Assembly: GCA_000004985.1 (NCBI GenBank)
Contig: GG738866.1
Length of the DNA: 64,000 nt
Source: Naegleria gruberi
Taxonomy: Eukaryota
Strand: one strand, 5' to 3'
Shown: positions 33,338 through 44,945 of the stretch, in pieces
Layout: every line of letters begins with the position of its first letter
Position numbering within the stretch: the stretch's first letter is position 1
Notes under the pieces: generated by a model
Seen by the model: the letters and a program-made list of their open reading frames with translations, nothing else
Databases searched by the model: none
Told to the model about the DNA's origin: nothing
Made by a program: the position numbers and the translations under genes

Positions 33338-34690
33338 ATGATTGCACTTTCTGTGGTTGGTGATGGTCATGGTTCTTCACCGGGTGGCTTTCATCCAGAT
33401 CATTCCGTATCTTACAGTTTAGATTCACTGGCGAGTAGTTTTATAGGAAACGAAATTAACGAAACGGACGAAAGTAAGAAAATTAACAAATATGAACTCC
33501 CTTCCTATTCATCGAGTATTCATGATAATTCCTTTTCAAAAATTGAATCTTTTACGAATAGAATGAAAAAGAATTTTCACAAGAAGAAGGCAAAAAATCA
33601 AATAGATTTAATCAAGTCAATTGAATCTTACGAAAAAGCTTTGGAATTTTGTTTGAAAACGAATGATAATGCGAGTGCTGCTGGAAAGTTACATGTATAT
33701 ATAGGAAATTTGTATATGAAAAGATATTTAGAAAGGTTTCAGAAGGCATCTCAGAGGAAGTGGAATAATTTGGAAGATTTGGGTTTGAATCGTCCTTTTA
33801 AAAATGAAAGTCCTGAAAAGGAATATTGTGTGGAAGAGATTATTACATTAATTTCGGATAGATCTTTCATTATGAATCAGTTTATTTCATATGAGAAGGA
33901 TTTACTCTTATTTTCAGAGACTCTTTCGAATACGATCACATTAGAAAGAAATGAGCTAGCTTACACAGCACTGCATCACTATTTAAAGGGCCTCTCCAAT
34001 TTTCCTTTGAATATCAATTCATACTTGGGAATGGCTAAATTATTCTCCCTCTATGGAATGTATTTCTATTCGATTCCTCTTTTTAAGAGATGCATTGACA
34101 TGGTGAGAGCTTGTCGAAAGAAGAAAAACCCAAAACTTTTCAAATTCATCACTGAAGAATCATATACCAGTGCAAGTGAGGAGTTAGCTAAATGCTATCT
34201 CAATATTGGAAATTACAAGAACAGTGTCTACCTCTTCAAGAAGGCACTAAGTAAGAAGGAATTCAAAGATAGTTCACTACTTGGTTATCTTGCCATTTCA
34301 CTCTTTGAACTGAATCCAACCAAGAATAGAGCTGAAAGTTTACATTGTCTCAAGTTGGCCATTACCAACAGTCCAGATTTAGGTTTCCCATATGCATGTC
34401 TTGCATTTATTAATTATGAAATTCCTGAGCAACCTAAAGATGATATTCTCGATCTTTTCATTTCTTCCCTCGAAAAATCAACCAATGATCCAATTGTAAA
34501 CCATTACTATTCCAAATACCTGATGAATGAGAAGAGATTTGACAAGGCATTCAATCTATTAAGAGATGCCTATATGAATTCACCTCCAAACATTGAACTT
34601 TACATATCCCTTTCCAAATCTCTTGAGCTGATAGGTCAGTCATCAAGTTTCCTACAGGAAAAAATCAAATCCATCCAAGTGCTCACTTGA
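33338..34690 (+). CDS. TPR-like helical repeat protein, unknown function
   Basis: 450-aa ORF with TPR-like A..Y...G.Y..A...F.+AL units (AKCYLNIGNYKNSVYLFKKALSKK, HCLKLAITNSPDLGFPYACLAFINYEI). Confidence 0.35.
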   Translation: MIALSVVGDGHGSSPGGFHPDHSVSYSLDSLASSFIGNEINETDESKKINKYELPSYSSSIHDNSFSKIESFTNRMKKNFHKKKAKNQIDLIKSIESYEKALEFCLKTNDNASAAGKLHVYIGNLYMKRYLERFQKASQRKWNNLEDLGLNRPFKNESPEKEYCVEEIITLISDRSFIMNQFISYEKDLLLFSETLSNTITLERNELAYTALHHYLKGLSNFPLNINSYLGMAKLFSLYGMYFYSIPLFKRCIDMVRACRKKKNPKLFKFITEESYTSASEELAKCYLNIGNYKNSVYLFKKALSKKEFKDSSLLGYLAISLFELNPTKNRAESLHCLKLAITNSPDLGFPYACLAFINYEIPEQPKDDILDLFISSLEKSTNDPIVNHYYSKYLMNEKRFDKAFNLLRDAYMNSPPNIELYISLSKSLELIGQSSSFLQEKIKSIQVLT

Positions 34691-34924
34691 ATTTCTAGTA
34701 ATTTTTCTCATTGTAAAACAAGTTCTTCATTGTTGTAAAATTTTACTGCAATTCCAAAAAAACAACCCAAATTCTAAATTTAAAAAAATACAGCAATTCA
34801 ATCCGTACGGAATTTGTTCTTTTTGAATTTCGGAAGAGACACGTTTGTTTTCCAGTTAGTAAAAATCATCAGCAAGAGGAGCTCATCTAGAAATTTAGTT
34901 TAATAATTTACATATTAAATAAAA

Positions 34925-35932
34925 ATGTCTTCAGGACACAACGATAGTAATAACATCAATTTATTAGATAATAATTTAGAAACAACATTAAATACAGTGG
35001 GATCATCATCAGCGTTTGGAACCAGTATGCAAACTTTACAAGATAGTGACGTCTTTGATGACGAAATGGATGAAATTTTAGCTTCCTATAAACAAGAATT
35101 TGATTTGGAAGCAAGTGCTTTGAAGGAATTGGAAGAAGGATCACCAACATCAGACATTGAAAATGTCAATGGTCCTAACAATTTGGATTATTCATTAGAT
35201 GAAGTACCAGTTGATGATGGTGAGCCAAAGTTTGTTTGCGACACAACAATTCCTGGAGTTGCCAAACATTTGAGAATGCTTGGAATTGACACTCTTCATC
35301 ACGATAACTTTTCCCAAAATTATATTCTCTACTTGGCTAGAACTCAACACAGAACTATTCTAACATTTAGTATGAAATTACAAAAAAATATTGACCAAAT
35401 TTTAAACAATTACAAAAAGAAAAAGGAACGAGTTGAAGAATTGAAAAAGAAATTGAATGAACTACAAGTTGAAGATGAAACAAAGCCACAAATAAGTAAT
35501 AGTTCAGCTACTACTTCTACTCCTTACAATAAGTGGAAAGAAACTAAGGAAAAGATTCAAACAAGAATTGAACAATACGAAATGGACTTGAGTGATCCAA
35601 TTTTGAGCTACCCTTACAAATATTATTTGTTAAAGACCAAAGGAAGATATAATCAAATTAACGAAGTTGTAAATACATTCAAAATCAGATACATCCCAGA
35701 GAAGATGTTTACTAGATGTGCATCTTGCAGTGGAACTTTACGAAAGATTCCAAACAAGGAAGAAGTCAAGCACTTGCTTGAACAAAATACCTACAATGAC
35801 AATGATCATTATTCTATGTGCAATAGATGTAAGCAATTGTTCTGGGGAATTCACATTGAAAATCCAGCCCAAAGAGAAGCTGTCGAAAAAGCCATAGCGT
35901 TCTGTGAAGAATATTCCTACAAGGGTGATTAA
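34925..35932 (+). CDS. Mut7-C (PIN-like) nuclease-domain protein with C-terminal zinc ribbon
   Basis: KFVCDTTIPGVAKHLRMLGIDTLH matches the Mut7-C/DUF82 core (FlxDxMLG+LARWLRLLGYDT). C-terminal C-x2-C...C-x2-C (CASCSGTL...CNRCKQLFWGIH). Confidence 0.55.
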   Translation: MSSGHNDSNNINLLDNNLETTLNTVGSSSAFGTSMQTLQDSDVFDDEMDEILASYKQEFDLEASALKELEEGSPTSDIENVNGPNNLDYSLDEVPVDDGEPKFVCDTTIPGVAKHLRMLGIDTLHHDNFSQNYILYLARTQHRTILTFSMKLQKNIDQILNNYKKKKERVEELKKKLNELQVEDETKPQISNSSATTSTPYNKWKETKEKIQTRIEQYEMDLSDPILSYPYKYYLLKTKGRYNQINEVVNTFKIRYIPEKMFTRCASCSGTLRKIPNKEEVKHLLEQNTYNDNDHYSMCNRCKQLFWGIHIENPAQREAVEKAIAFCEEYSYKGD

Positions 35933-36024
35933 ATAAATAAGTTAGTGTAGATTTTATATACATCATCTAAAGTTACAAGAATGTCACAGATATTGATCTA
36001 TTTCAAAAATAATTGTTGGTCAAC

Positions 36025-36835
36025 TTAATAGTAACCACCACCATATGGTGGATATCCCATTGGTGGAGGAACACCATAGGCTTGTTGTTGTGGATATCCA
36101 GTAGTATAAGTTGTTGATTGAGTCATCATTGGTTGTTGCATCATTGGTTGCATCATAGGTTGAGTTTGAACCATTGGCATCATTGTTGGATGCATCATTG
36201 GTTGCTGCATCATAGGTTGTTGCATCATTGGTTGTTGCATCATCATTGGCTGTTGCATCATTGGTTGTTGCATCATTGGTTGCATCATCGGCTGTGACAT
36301 CATGGCTTGACCAAAATCAAGAGCATTCAATTCAACCATCAAAACTCCTGATCTAGCTCCCATTAAATTCAATGTCATTCTTTCTGGAACTCCTCTTCTC
36401 AAAGTATTCAATTGAACAACAGCAGATCCCAATGGATCATCATTACTAATTAAATCCTTGTCATATAAATCAAAAGTGACAGATTCTCTCATAGGATCCA
36501 TAACACTGACAGTGAAACTTTCAAACCAGGCAGGATTCAAAGTCATAGGCTTGGTAGAAGTACGATGTTTAGCACGTCCACATTTAATAATACAATATCT
36601 ATTTATCAAATTTCCAATCAAGTCCGAAATATTCATCATTAAAATATTCGAAAATTTTCATGATGATTTTTTTAATATATTGTTATTATTATATAATTAT
36701 TTAAATTAATAAAATTGATGAAAACAATGATAAACATTTTAATAGACAATATAAAACATACGGATCACTAGTACCTGTAATATCTTTTGCGACAAGATTA
36801 TGTGCACTCAAAACGGTAATATTCAAGGTTGGCAT
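36025..36835 (-). CDS. C2-domain protein with Met/Gln/Pro-rich repeat tail; 2 exons (36835..36762, 36598..36025)
   Basis: Exon 1 is MPTLNITVLSAHNLVAKDITGTSDP. A 163-nt intron (GTATGT...AAATAG, plus 36599..36761) joins it to YCIIKCGRAKHRTSTKPMTLNPAWFESF. Together these give a canonical C2 beta-sandwich core (SDPY...RT....NP.W.E.F). The C-terminus has (PMMQQ)n and ends GYPPYGGGYY. Confidence 0.65.
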
Positions 36836-37329
36836 TGCGTGAAGATAGATGGCCTTGGTGTGGAGGTAATTTTTTGGTTTTATTTTGTTATTGGGTGACC
36901 ACATCAAATCGATCAAGGCGTCAGAGTTTCGTTTTGTTCCGTTGTCCGATTATTAATAGAATTTAAGTTATTGTGGTGTTGTAAACAAGAAAATATTTTA
37001 ATTGGAAGGGGTGGTTGAAAAGGAAAAGAAGCGACGCTCTTGAATCTTATGGTAATACAGTGAAGTATTAGATTGAACCTTAAAGATCATTATTATTCAA
37101 TTAAAAGTAATGAGAATGGTTTTGCTCACGGTGGTTGTTGGACACATGTCAAAAAGACTTTTTTTGACTAGAAAATATCTTCACAAACCACAACCATGAT
37201 CCTCGAAAATCTACCGAACAGATACAGAATAAGAATTCTGATCAATCTTTCATTTTGTGAGACTCGTTCCTAAACATCACCGTTCAGTTGGGCAGAATTG
37301 GAATAGTATCAAAATTTAAGGTTGTTTGT

Positions 37330-37700
37330 CTTATTTCTGGACCTTAAAAAACATGAATAAGAAGGAAAATCCATTTTAATTACCAGATTTACTCAAACAA
37401 AGTCACAAAACCAACTATCGGTGTTGAATACGGTGCTAAATCTATTGAATATGATGGTGTTTCTATCAAGGGTCAAATTTGGTTACGTACATAACGTTTT
37501 ATTCATGGAAACATCTTTTGATAGTCTAACGTAGATGAAGCTTTCACCACACTTTTGAAGGAAATTAACAAGACTCATTTGATTGAAGAATGCTCTCAAT
37601 GTTTGTCCACCAATTACCAAGAAGGTATTAAACGAAAATGGAGTTTGCATTCAATGCTAAAATTGGAGGAAACTATTAGAAATTGATTTGGAAAAAGTTT
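37330..37700 (+). pseudogene. Rab-family GTPase pseudogene (in-frame stops, P-loop lost)
   Basis: KPTIGVEYGAKSIEYDGVSIKGQIWLRT* aligns to Rab [29 protein letters not shown]. Downstream VDEAFTTLLKEI resembles Rab NVEEAF..LA+EI. The upstream segment KFKVVCLISGP* lacks GxxxxGKS/T. Stops are at TAA 37493-37495 and elsewhere. Confidence 0.45.
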
Positions 37701-38307
37701 GGTTGGTGTTTAAATATGCTCAATGTAATTCTGTTCTTGCTACGTGGATTGATTTGACTGATGATTCAATGATTACGGCTTTGGGAGATTCTATGGTAAA
37801 CAAGATATTTCTGAAGGCTGTGTGGAAATCTGCCGATATTTTGAATCAAAGTTTTAAAGCTTTGAAACAATTGTTACATGTAAACAAATTCATTAAGACT
37901 CACTCTCAAGAAAATTCAACAAACAATTTCACAACTTAAACTACGGTTTGTTAATTAATCGTAAATCCATAACACCATCTATAAGTGCGCCATGATGTAA
38001 ACATGCAGTGAAGATCTACTGAATTTCCATAGAACAATTTTCATGCTGATCTACACATTCATCATGATTTACACTTGTCAATCTACATGCAGCTTTAGTA
38101 ATACTTTAGTTGAAAGTGGTCCATTGGAATATCTACCCATTTTTGAGCAACCAATTTACTGTGAGTAATGAGTGTATGCAGATAGATGACACTCAAAGGT
38201 CAATAAATGATTATCTGCTACTCAATTTCATCTTCATCTAAAACACATGCACAACACTTCTCAAAACTCTCGCAAATAATTTTATTCACACTCTAGATTA
38301 CAAATAT

Positions 38308-39219
38308 TTACAAATTTTGCTTGAAAGCAATATTCAAAACAGCTAAAGTAATTTGATCCATAAAATTAGCTTCCAAATCACTTGAATTTAACACATAGGA
38401 CAATTCAGCCTTTCTACCTGATGAAACTGAACCATTTGAATTGGAACTCGACGACGATCTATCATCAATGTGTTGAGTGAAATGATGATGAACAGTATTC
38501 GATGTAGAACCACATACAAGTCCAGGCCATCTTCCCATGTTTAATTCGTAAAATCTTCTTTTCAGAGTTGACAAGGAAATTCCCAATTCTTTAGCAGCAA
38601 CAGTTTGTGGAAGTGGCATGACTCGAATTAAATCAGAAACAGTTACACTAATCTTACTCTTCTTCTTATTGGAGGAAGGTGAAGATGCATGTGATGATTT
38701 TTTGCTATTATTTGATTCTCTCTTTCTCTTTTGAATGCCTCGAGCAGATGGAGAGGATGAAGAATTGTTGTGTTGGTGATGTTGGTTATTTGAAGAGGAT
38801 TTACTGGATGTATGACTGAGTGGAGATGAGGTTGTGTTTCTATTGGTATGGCTGTGACTTGTGGATCTGTTTTTGGTTGTGGATGTTGGTTGAGTGGTAG
38901 TAATGTGGTGGTTGGAGGTTTGTTGGGCTGTGGAGTTCATCATCATTGGTGTTGTATATGGGTTAGAAGAAGCTGGGAAGGAGGATATGATTGGGCATGG
39001 TCTTGTAGCAGTTGGGACAGGTTTCGAATAGTTAGAAATGAGATTAGTTTGTTGTTTATCCTCAAACATGTTTGAAGGTGAAGAAGAAGTGCTTGTTGGA
39101 TAAATATTATGTGTATTTTGGAACATGTGGCTTTCAGATGGATAATGACAAAGCATATTGGTTGAGATGATTAGTTTGTTTTTTTTGTTTATGGAAATCT
39201 GAGAATGAGACCTAAACAA
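38308..39219 (-). CDS. RWP-RK domain transcription factor (NIN/MID-like), Ser/Asn/His-rich low-complexity N-terminus
   Basis: ISVTVSDLIRVMPLPQTVAAKELGISLSTLKRRFYELNMGRWPG matches the RWP-RK domain (...AAKELGV..TTLKR.CR..GI.RWP.RK). Confidence 0.6.
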   Translation of the reverse strand: MFRSHSQISINKKNKLIISTNMLCHYPSESHMFQNTHNIYPTSTSSSPSNMFEDKQQTNLISNYSKPVPTATRPCPIISSFPASSNPYTTPMMMNSTAQQTSNHHITTTQPTSTTKNRSTSHSHTNRNTTSSPLSHTSSKSSSNNQHHQHNNSSSSPSARGIQKRKRESNNSKKSSHASSPSSNKKKSKISVTVSDLIRVMPLPQTVAAKELGISLSTLKRRFYELNMGRWPGLVCGSTSNTVHHHFTQHIDDRSSSSSNSNGSVSSGRKAELSYVLNSSDLEANFMDQITLAVLNIAFKQNL

Positions 39220-40522
39220 TGTTTAATACGAAACTCATGAAGTGAATATGGAGGACAACTACTGAACGCACATTTAACCCCTCTCTAATTCTAATAACTT
39301 TTTGTTGAAACTCTCGACTCAGGACCTTGTTGAATGTTCGCTTTGGAGAACAAGGTCAAGAAAAGAATCAACAATATATTTCAAACTGAAGGATTTATTA
39401 ACAGGTTGTGATGGGTGGAGTTTTCGAAGAAATGCCCAGCATAGCTCAAGTTTCCCACCAATTTATTCAAAGCTAAATTGAACAGTAATGATTTGGAGAG
39501 GATGCTGGTGTTTTGGAAGGAACAGGCCTAAGAACAACAATGAGGTGCGAAAGTGTTCAAATGAGGACCACTAATGAAGGCTATTTTGTTGGTACACTTT
39601 ACTTTTTGGAGGTTAACGAGACATTTAGCCGCAGGAATAGGAATTATTGACAGTTGCCTTTTGATTGATGTATTGAGGATGGATTTGATTCAACTAATAC
39701 CTAAAACTCCACTAAACATCTCAATAATTCTTAATGTTCTACAGTAAAAACTCATTGAACAACTTGATTGGGAATTTCAAAGATTGATTATTTACAGTGA
39801 TTTGAATGGTTTATTGCAATCACCTATAACTTGAATCAATGCTCAGTTCTTGTGCATACCACAATGGCAAACAAGTGATAAGGCTCACTTCAATTAGAGG
39901 TTACAATTCGAAACACAAAGGTTCCTTCATTGGATAATTGGAATGTGCCACTTGGAATGCGTGTTCAGTCAAGGACTTTGTTTGTTCCTCAACTAGAACT
40001 GCAGCTGTTCTTTGATTTTTTAACATTGTTTTACGTTGTTCTGGCATCAGAAAATAAATTCTCTTCACATGCTCCACTTAAACTTGATTGTCAAAATGAT
40101 TGTTCACATGTGTAGGCTAGACAATGAATACAAATGAAAATTGATGGATAAGTTTGCTGCTACACATGTGAAAATCAGTTTCACTATCTATTAAATATTA
40201 TCTTTCCACATGAATACATGCACTATAATTTCTAACATGGATGAATTGAAAAACAGGAACTGAAATATTACATTCATGGATAAAAATGATATAAACACAA
40301 TTCAACAATTATAGGAAGTAGCTTGCTATGATTGGATCGAAATATGTTACAAAGTCTGATGCATGCTGATATTTGAAAAGGCACAGATATTGAATGAATA
40401 ATATTGCAAGGTTTTTCATAAAATTGATAATATTGAGCTTATTAAAATCTCTGTGGATCTATCGCTTCCACATTTCATTTTGGCTAATTTCACAATCCAC
40501 TTTTGTTGGAATATTCCAACCT

Positions 40523-41044
40523 CTAATCTTCTTCATAATTTACAATAAATCCAACATCTTGAAAAGTGAAATCCTTCTTATACAAGTGATCCTTCCTCAT
40601 ATGTTCGTCTCTCTGTTCACTTGTTCTAAATTTTGCATTACAAATAGATTTATCCTCAACCAAACATTGATAACAATCCTTTTTGAGTGCCATAACACTA
40701 AAGAATGAATCATGATTTTCCTCTAAATGCACCGATAAGAGAAATGCACTCGGAAACACTCTACTACATTCCGTACAGACATGTTTATGAAGACTTTCCA
40801 AATGATGCTCAAATTCGAAATTATTTCCAACATATTGACCACATAAATCACAATTAAATCCTTCCTCAGTTGTTGCTTCATCTGTACAATTACTATCCAA
40901 GTACTCTTCAATTGATGATGTTTCATTTGAATCATCATGAGCCATGATGGTAGAATCAAGGAATGTCGAAGAACAACTCCCAACACAAAAAAATGAATCA
41001 ATCGGAGAGATAATTCTCTTCAATCGAGGGAATGCATTTTTCAT
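40523..41044 (-). CDS. C2H2-type zinc-finger protein
   Basis: FNCDLCGQYVGNNFEFEHHLESLHKH, HVCTECSRVFPSAFLLSVHLEENH and CNAKFRTSEQRDEHMRKDH are three C2H2-like units. Confidence 0.5.
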   Translation of the reverse strand: MKNAFPRLKRIISPIDSFFCVGSCSSTFLDSTIMAHDDSNETSSIEEYLDSNCTDEATTEEGFNCDLCGQYVGNNFEFEHHLESLHKHVCTECSRVFPSAFLLSVHLEENHDSFFSVMALKKDCYQCLVEDKSICNAKFRTSEQRDEHMRKDHLYKKDFTFQDVGFIVNYEED

Positions 41045-41166
41045 CTTTCTATTTTTTTAATATTTTGTTAATATTTTCTCAGAATATTTTGTAATGGTTA
41101 CCAAACTCCGAATTCCCCTCCTTTCAAGAAATAATTCAATTAAAAAACAAATATTTAAAAAAACAA

Positions 41167-43559
41167 ATGGCAAGAACAAGACAAACGGCGAGAGCCTTCC
41201 ACAACAGCAGACCAGAAGAACCCTGCTTTACCAATGATGTTCAACAAACAGAATTATTCAGCAAATTGTTGAGAGAAAATTGTCAAGCTTTACGTTCGGA
41301 TGATGATAAATCTTTGCACTCGAGACTTGCCCAATACAAGAATTGTACCAAACTTGCCCAATTGTGGATGTTGGAAGATATGATGAAGAGTGAGAATGAT
41401 CATGATCAATCAATCAATGATGTAGAATATTTGAAACAATTACCGGAAGAATTAAAGATTGAAATTGTTTCTTTTATTCCAACATACAGCAGATATCCTT
41501 CCGTGTCTACCATTCTCGAATGTTACAGCGTTGGTGGAGGAGAACTTGCCTCTGTTCCAGAGGTTGAATATTTGGATGTTTGGTTCATGACCTTTATGAA
41601 ATATAGATTGGTGTCAAAATCCTTTAAAGTTGCTATGGAAAACTTGTTATTCAAACCTTGTCTAACAATGGACTTGATATTACTGGTTTTGTTATGAAAT
41701 GTTTCCTCTCAATTGATAGGAGAATTTGGTTTGTTTACTCATTGTTGGAATCTCACAATAGATTTATTCAAGGTGAATGGGATGGCAAGTTCAACTTGGT
41801 TGAATATCCTTTTTCACATCCTCAAAATGATTACGATTATGCAACACAATTTGGTGGCTCATTTACTTTTGGAAATAATGAGAATAATTCAACTAAATTT
41901 GAATCAACTAATAATAATCTTGATTTGAGCTCTATTGATTTTAATTCAATCAAATCCATTGAGGAAGAATTAATTACAAAGAATGAATTCTCTCTCGAAA
42001 CACCATTTGATATTACTTGTCAGTCTAAGGAGAAACAAGTTGTTGATCTAGTAGCGAAACAGAGTGTGAGAATTGCACAAGTCTACAATCAATTCAGCCA
42101 TACAAATATGTCTGCAAGAAGCGACTTTTCCAATAATTGCATCAATGGTTCTATTAAAACCCTTGCAATTTCACTCTCAAGTACTACATTTGTGAGTGGA
42201 ATACTTGATCTACTTCCTAACATTGAGCATCTTACCATTATTCTTTATGACAGTTTGGAGCTATACCATAGTTTGGCCAATTTAAGATTGACGAGCAGAA
42301 CTAATTTACAATCAGTGAACGTAATAGCACTAAAAAATCTTATATGGAGCGATTTTGCAGGATTTTTTCCTCCTAAGATTACTACTTTTTACACTTTCCT
42401 ACAAGATGGGCCATTAAATCAGTATCATGGTTTAGAGATGTATCTCGACGGTAAGCTAATGCAAAACGAATTTACCCAACAAATTGCAACTGATCCCTCT
42501 TTGATTACACCGAAACTCTTTTTCAAATCATGTGACTTTAAATTTTTCAAAGAAATAGCTCACAAGTACACGCTCTTCCCATTTATATCAGGAATTAGCT
42601 TTTTCTTTAGGGTTAGCAAATTTACTTCTTTGGAAGAACAAAAATCCTTTACAAACTTTATTGCCAAAAACTATCCACTGGAGGGTAAGTATCATTTTCA
42701 TTTCGATTAACACGTAGAAGATTTTGCATTATTTTTTGCAGGAATGCAAAGAAGTAATGACATGAAAGATCTCAGTTGGAAACAATACTTGATATACCTT
42801 TCAAATAGTTATCACAATGGTAGAGTAATGACTGACTCATCAAATGTACCTCATTTACTATACTATGGATTGGATTTAACAAACAATATACTCAAACTAA
42901 GTTTTCCAAATGGTAATCTTGCAGCTTTATTATTGGCTCATTTGAAATTTTTGAAAGAAAAGAATTTGTATCAGATAGATGTGTTTCCATTGAAGCAATG
43001 TTTTATTCGTCATCATAAAACAAAACCGTGGATGGAGCAAGCTTTGAAATTATTGTTCTTTGCCTGTGAAAATTTAACAGAGGTTGAAAAATTAGACTTC
43101 TTTGGAGACTTTAAGTGTTCTCATTATAGTTTCAGTATTGTTCATATAATAATAATAGGATTTCAAGTGGATGACTACATTTTCCAATCTTTAATTAAGC
43201 ATATTCCAACTCAATCCCTTCTTGTAAAGACTTCAAATATTTCTGTTAGCAATACCTTCTTTCATACCCTACATATTGCCATGAAAAACCCACAGTTAAG
43301 TAATGACACCATTTTAAAATTAATAGAAAAAGAGCCAGCATTGGTATTACAAGTGGATAATGAAAATCTCACACCCCTTCATTATGCCTGTAGTGGTAGT
43401 AGTAATAGATGGCCTCTTATTCCACACTTAGAGAAGATTGCTGGTCCAAATTGTTGGTTTGCATTAGATTCAAATCAAAATTCACCTCTTGATTATGTAA
43501 AACTTGTTACGGGATCTTTCAGTCATCTCTTTCCATACGGACCTAGCCAACTGTTATAG
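41167..43559 (+). CDS. F-box-like protein with C-terminal ankyrin repeats and a histone-H3-like N-terminal octapeptide; at least 3 exons (intron 42685..42741 verified; junction near 41650-41775 unresolved)
   Basis: N-terminus MARTRQTAR...; F-box-like LKQLPEELKIEIVSFIP. The 57-nt intron GTAAGT...TTTTTTGCAG joins ...KNYPLEG to MQRSNDMKDLSW in frame. C-terminal TPLHYACSGSS / NSPLDYV are ankyrin-type. Confidence 0.5.
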
Positions 43560-43731
43560 ATTTAGGATTCAGAAACCAAATCATTCAAATGTTGCACAGA
43601 ATCCTTAAATGCCGAAACGTGTGGTCTCTCAGGTCGTTATTGATACAAGAGACATTAATAAACTTACTTTTATTTAGAATTCAGAAACTGGGTAACTCGT
43701 AATATTTATAATTCGCCAAGTTGAGTTGGAG

Positions 43732-44877
43732 TTAGAAACATTTTCTGTGCACAATGCAAGGGCCAGCCTCTTCGTATTCTTCATTCGTTATCCACATATG
43801 TTGAAAGGTTGAAAGACTCGCCAGGATCGAGCCACCAATCCAGTTAGAGTACTTTCTCTCTGGTGGAGCCACAACCTTAATTTTCATGGCTGTTGGGCTG
43901 AGAGCTACCACTTCTTTGGTCAATCTTTCTGCCATTCCTTCTGTTAACGATAAACCACCTCCAATTAATAAATTTCCATATAAATCCTTTCTATTGTCAT
44001 TGTCAGTTGCTGCAATGGAATTAAAAAATATTTCACCAATTCCTGGTATTTCTTTCCCAATTATTGTGGGATTGAATAATATTTCTGGACATGCAAACCG
44101 TTCGTGAGATAGATTCAACACTTGACCATCTGGTAGTTCATATTCCATATCTAATTCACTAGAACATTGAGTTTTTTCATACTCTTTATCATAATCCAAT
44201 GCTATATAACAAACTTTCTTAATCATTTCCTCCACAATTGATCTTTGATTTGTTAAATTCATTCCCTTACTCTCCTTCAACAAATGAATCATATAATCAA
44301 CCATATTTGATCCTCCGAAATTAAATCTTAAAGTTGATTCTGCAAATGTATATCCCTGAAAAACAGGTTGAATTTGAATTACACCATCTCCTAAACACAT
44401 ACTCAATGCTGTTCCTCTCCCAGATGCATAAACAGCAAGAACAGGAGCTGGTGTCTTGTGAACTCCTCTCATTTCAAACTTTTCAAAACAATATTCCACT
44501 AGTTTTTCAGAATTAGAATTTGGATTCATTACTGCATCTGAAAATAAAACATTACTTCCACGAATATGCTCTTGACTTAATTTCAATTCATTAAAAAACG
44601 TAAATTCCAATAATATATCCATCAAATCCCAATTTTTAACAATTCCATTCTGAATAGGATAGTGAAGATTTAATATTCCTCTTCTACTGTGATTCTTTGC
44701 TTCATCACCAATATAGGTTGATCGTTGACTTGGACAGATCATGGCTGGTAAATATTTTGCTGTCCCGATACAAGAAGAAAAGACTGCACGTGGAGCATCA
44801 TCTCCTGCAAAACCTGCTTGAATAGACGAGCTGCCACAATCTAGAACAAGGTTCAGAGGTTCATCTACTACTGACAT
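43732..44877 (-). CDS. actin-related protein (divergent Arp, actin fold)
   Basis: LVLDCGSSSIQAGFAGDDAPRAVF...GIVKNWDLMDIL...LTEGMAERLTKEV...PERKYSNWIGGSILASLSTFQHMWITNEEYEEAGPCIVHRKCF is collinear with actin over 381 aa but diverges at the ATP- and hydrophobic-plug regions. Confidence 0.75.
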   Translation of the reverse strand: MSVVDEPLNLVLDCGSSSIQAGFAGDDAPRAVFSSCIGTAKYLPAMICPSQRSTYIGDEAKNHSRRGILNLHYPIQNGIVKNWDLMDILLEFTFFNELKLSQEHIRGSNVLFSDAVMNPNSNSEKLVEYCFEKFEMRGVHKTPAPVLAVYASGRGTALSMCLGDGVIQIQPVFQGYTFAESTLRFNFGGSNMVDYMIHLLKESKGMNLTNQRSIVEEMIKKVCYIALDYDKEYEKTQCSSELDMEYELPDGQVLNLSHERFACPEILFNPTIIGKEIPGIGEIFFNSIAATDNDNRKDLYGNLLIGGGLSLTEGMAERLTKEVVALSPTAMKIKVVAPPERKYSNWIGGSILASLSTFQHMWITNEEYEEAGPCIVHRKCF

Positions 44878-44945
44878 TTTTTTAAGTTCACTTGTCTTGG
44901 TGTTTGGTTACTGCAAGACAGTTTTCTTTTAAAAATAAAATTATC

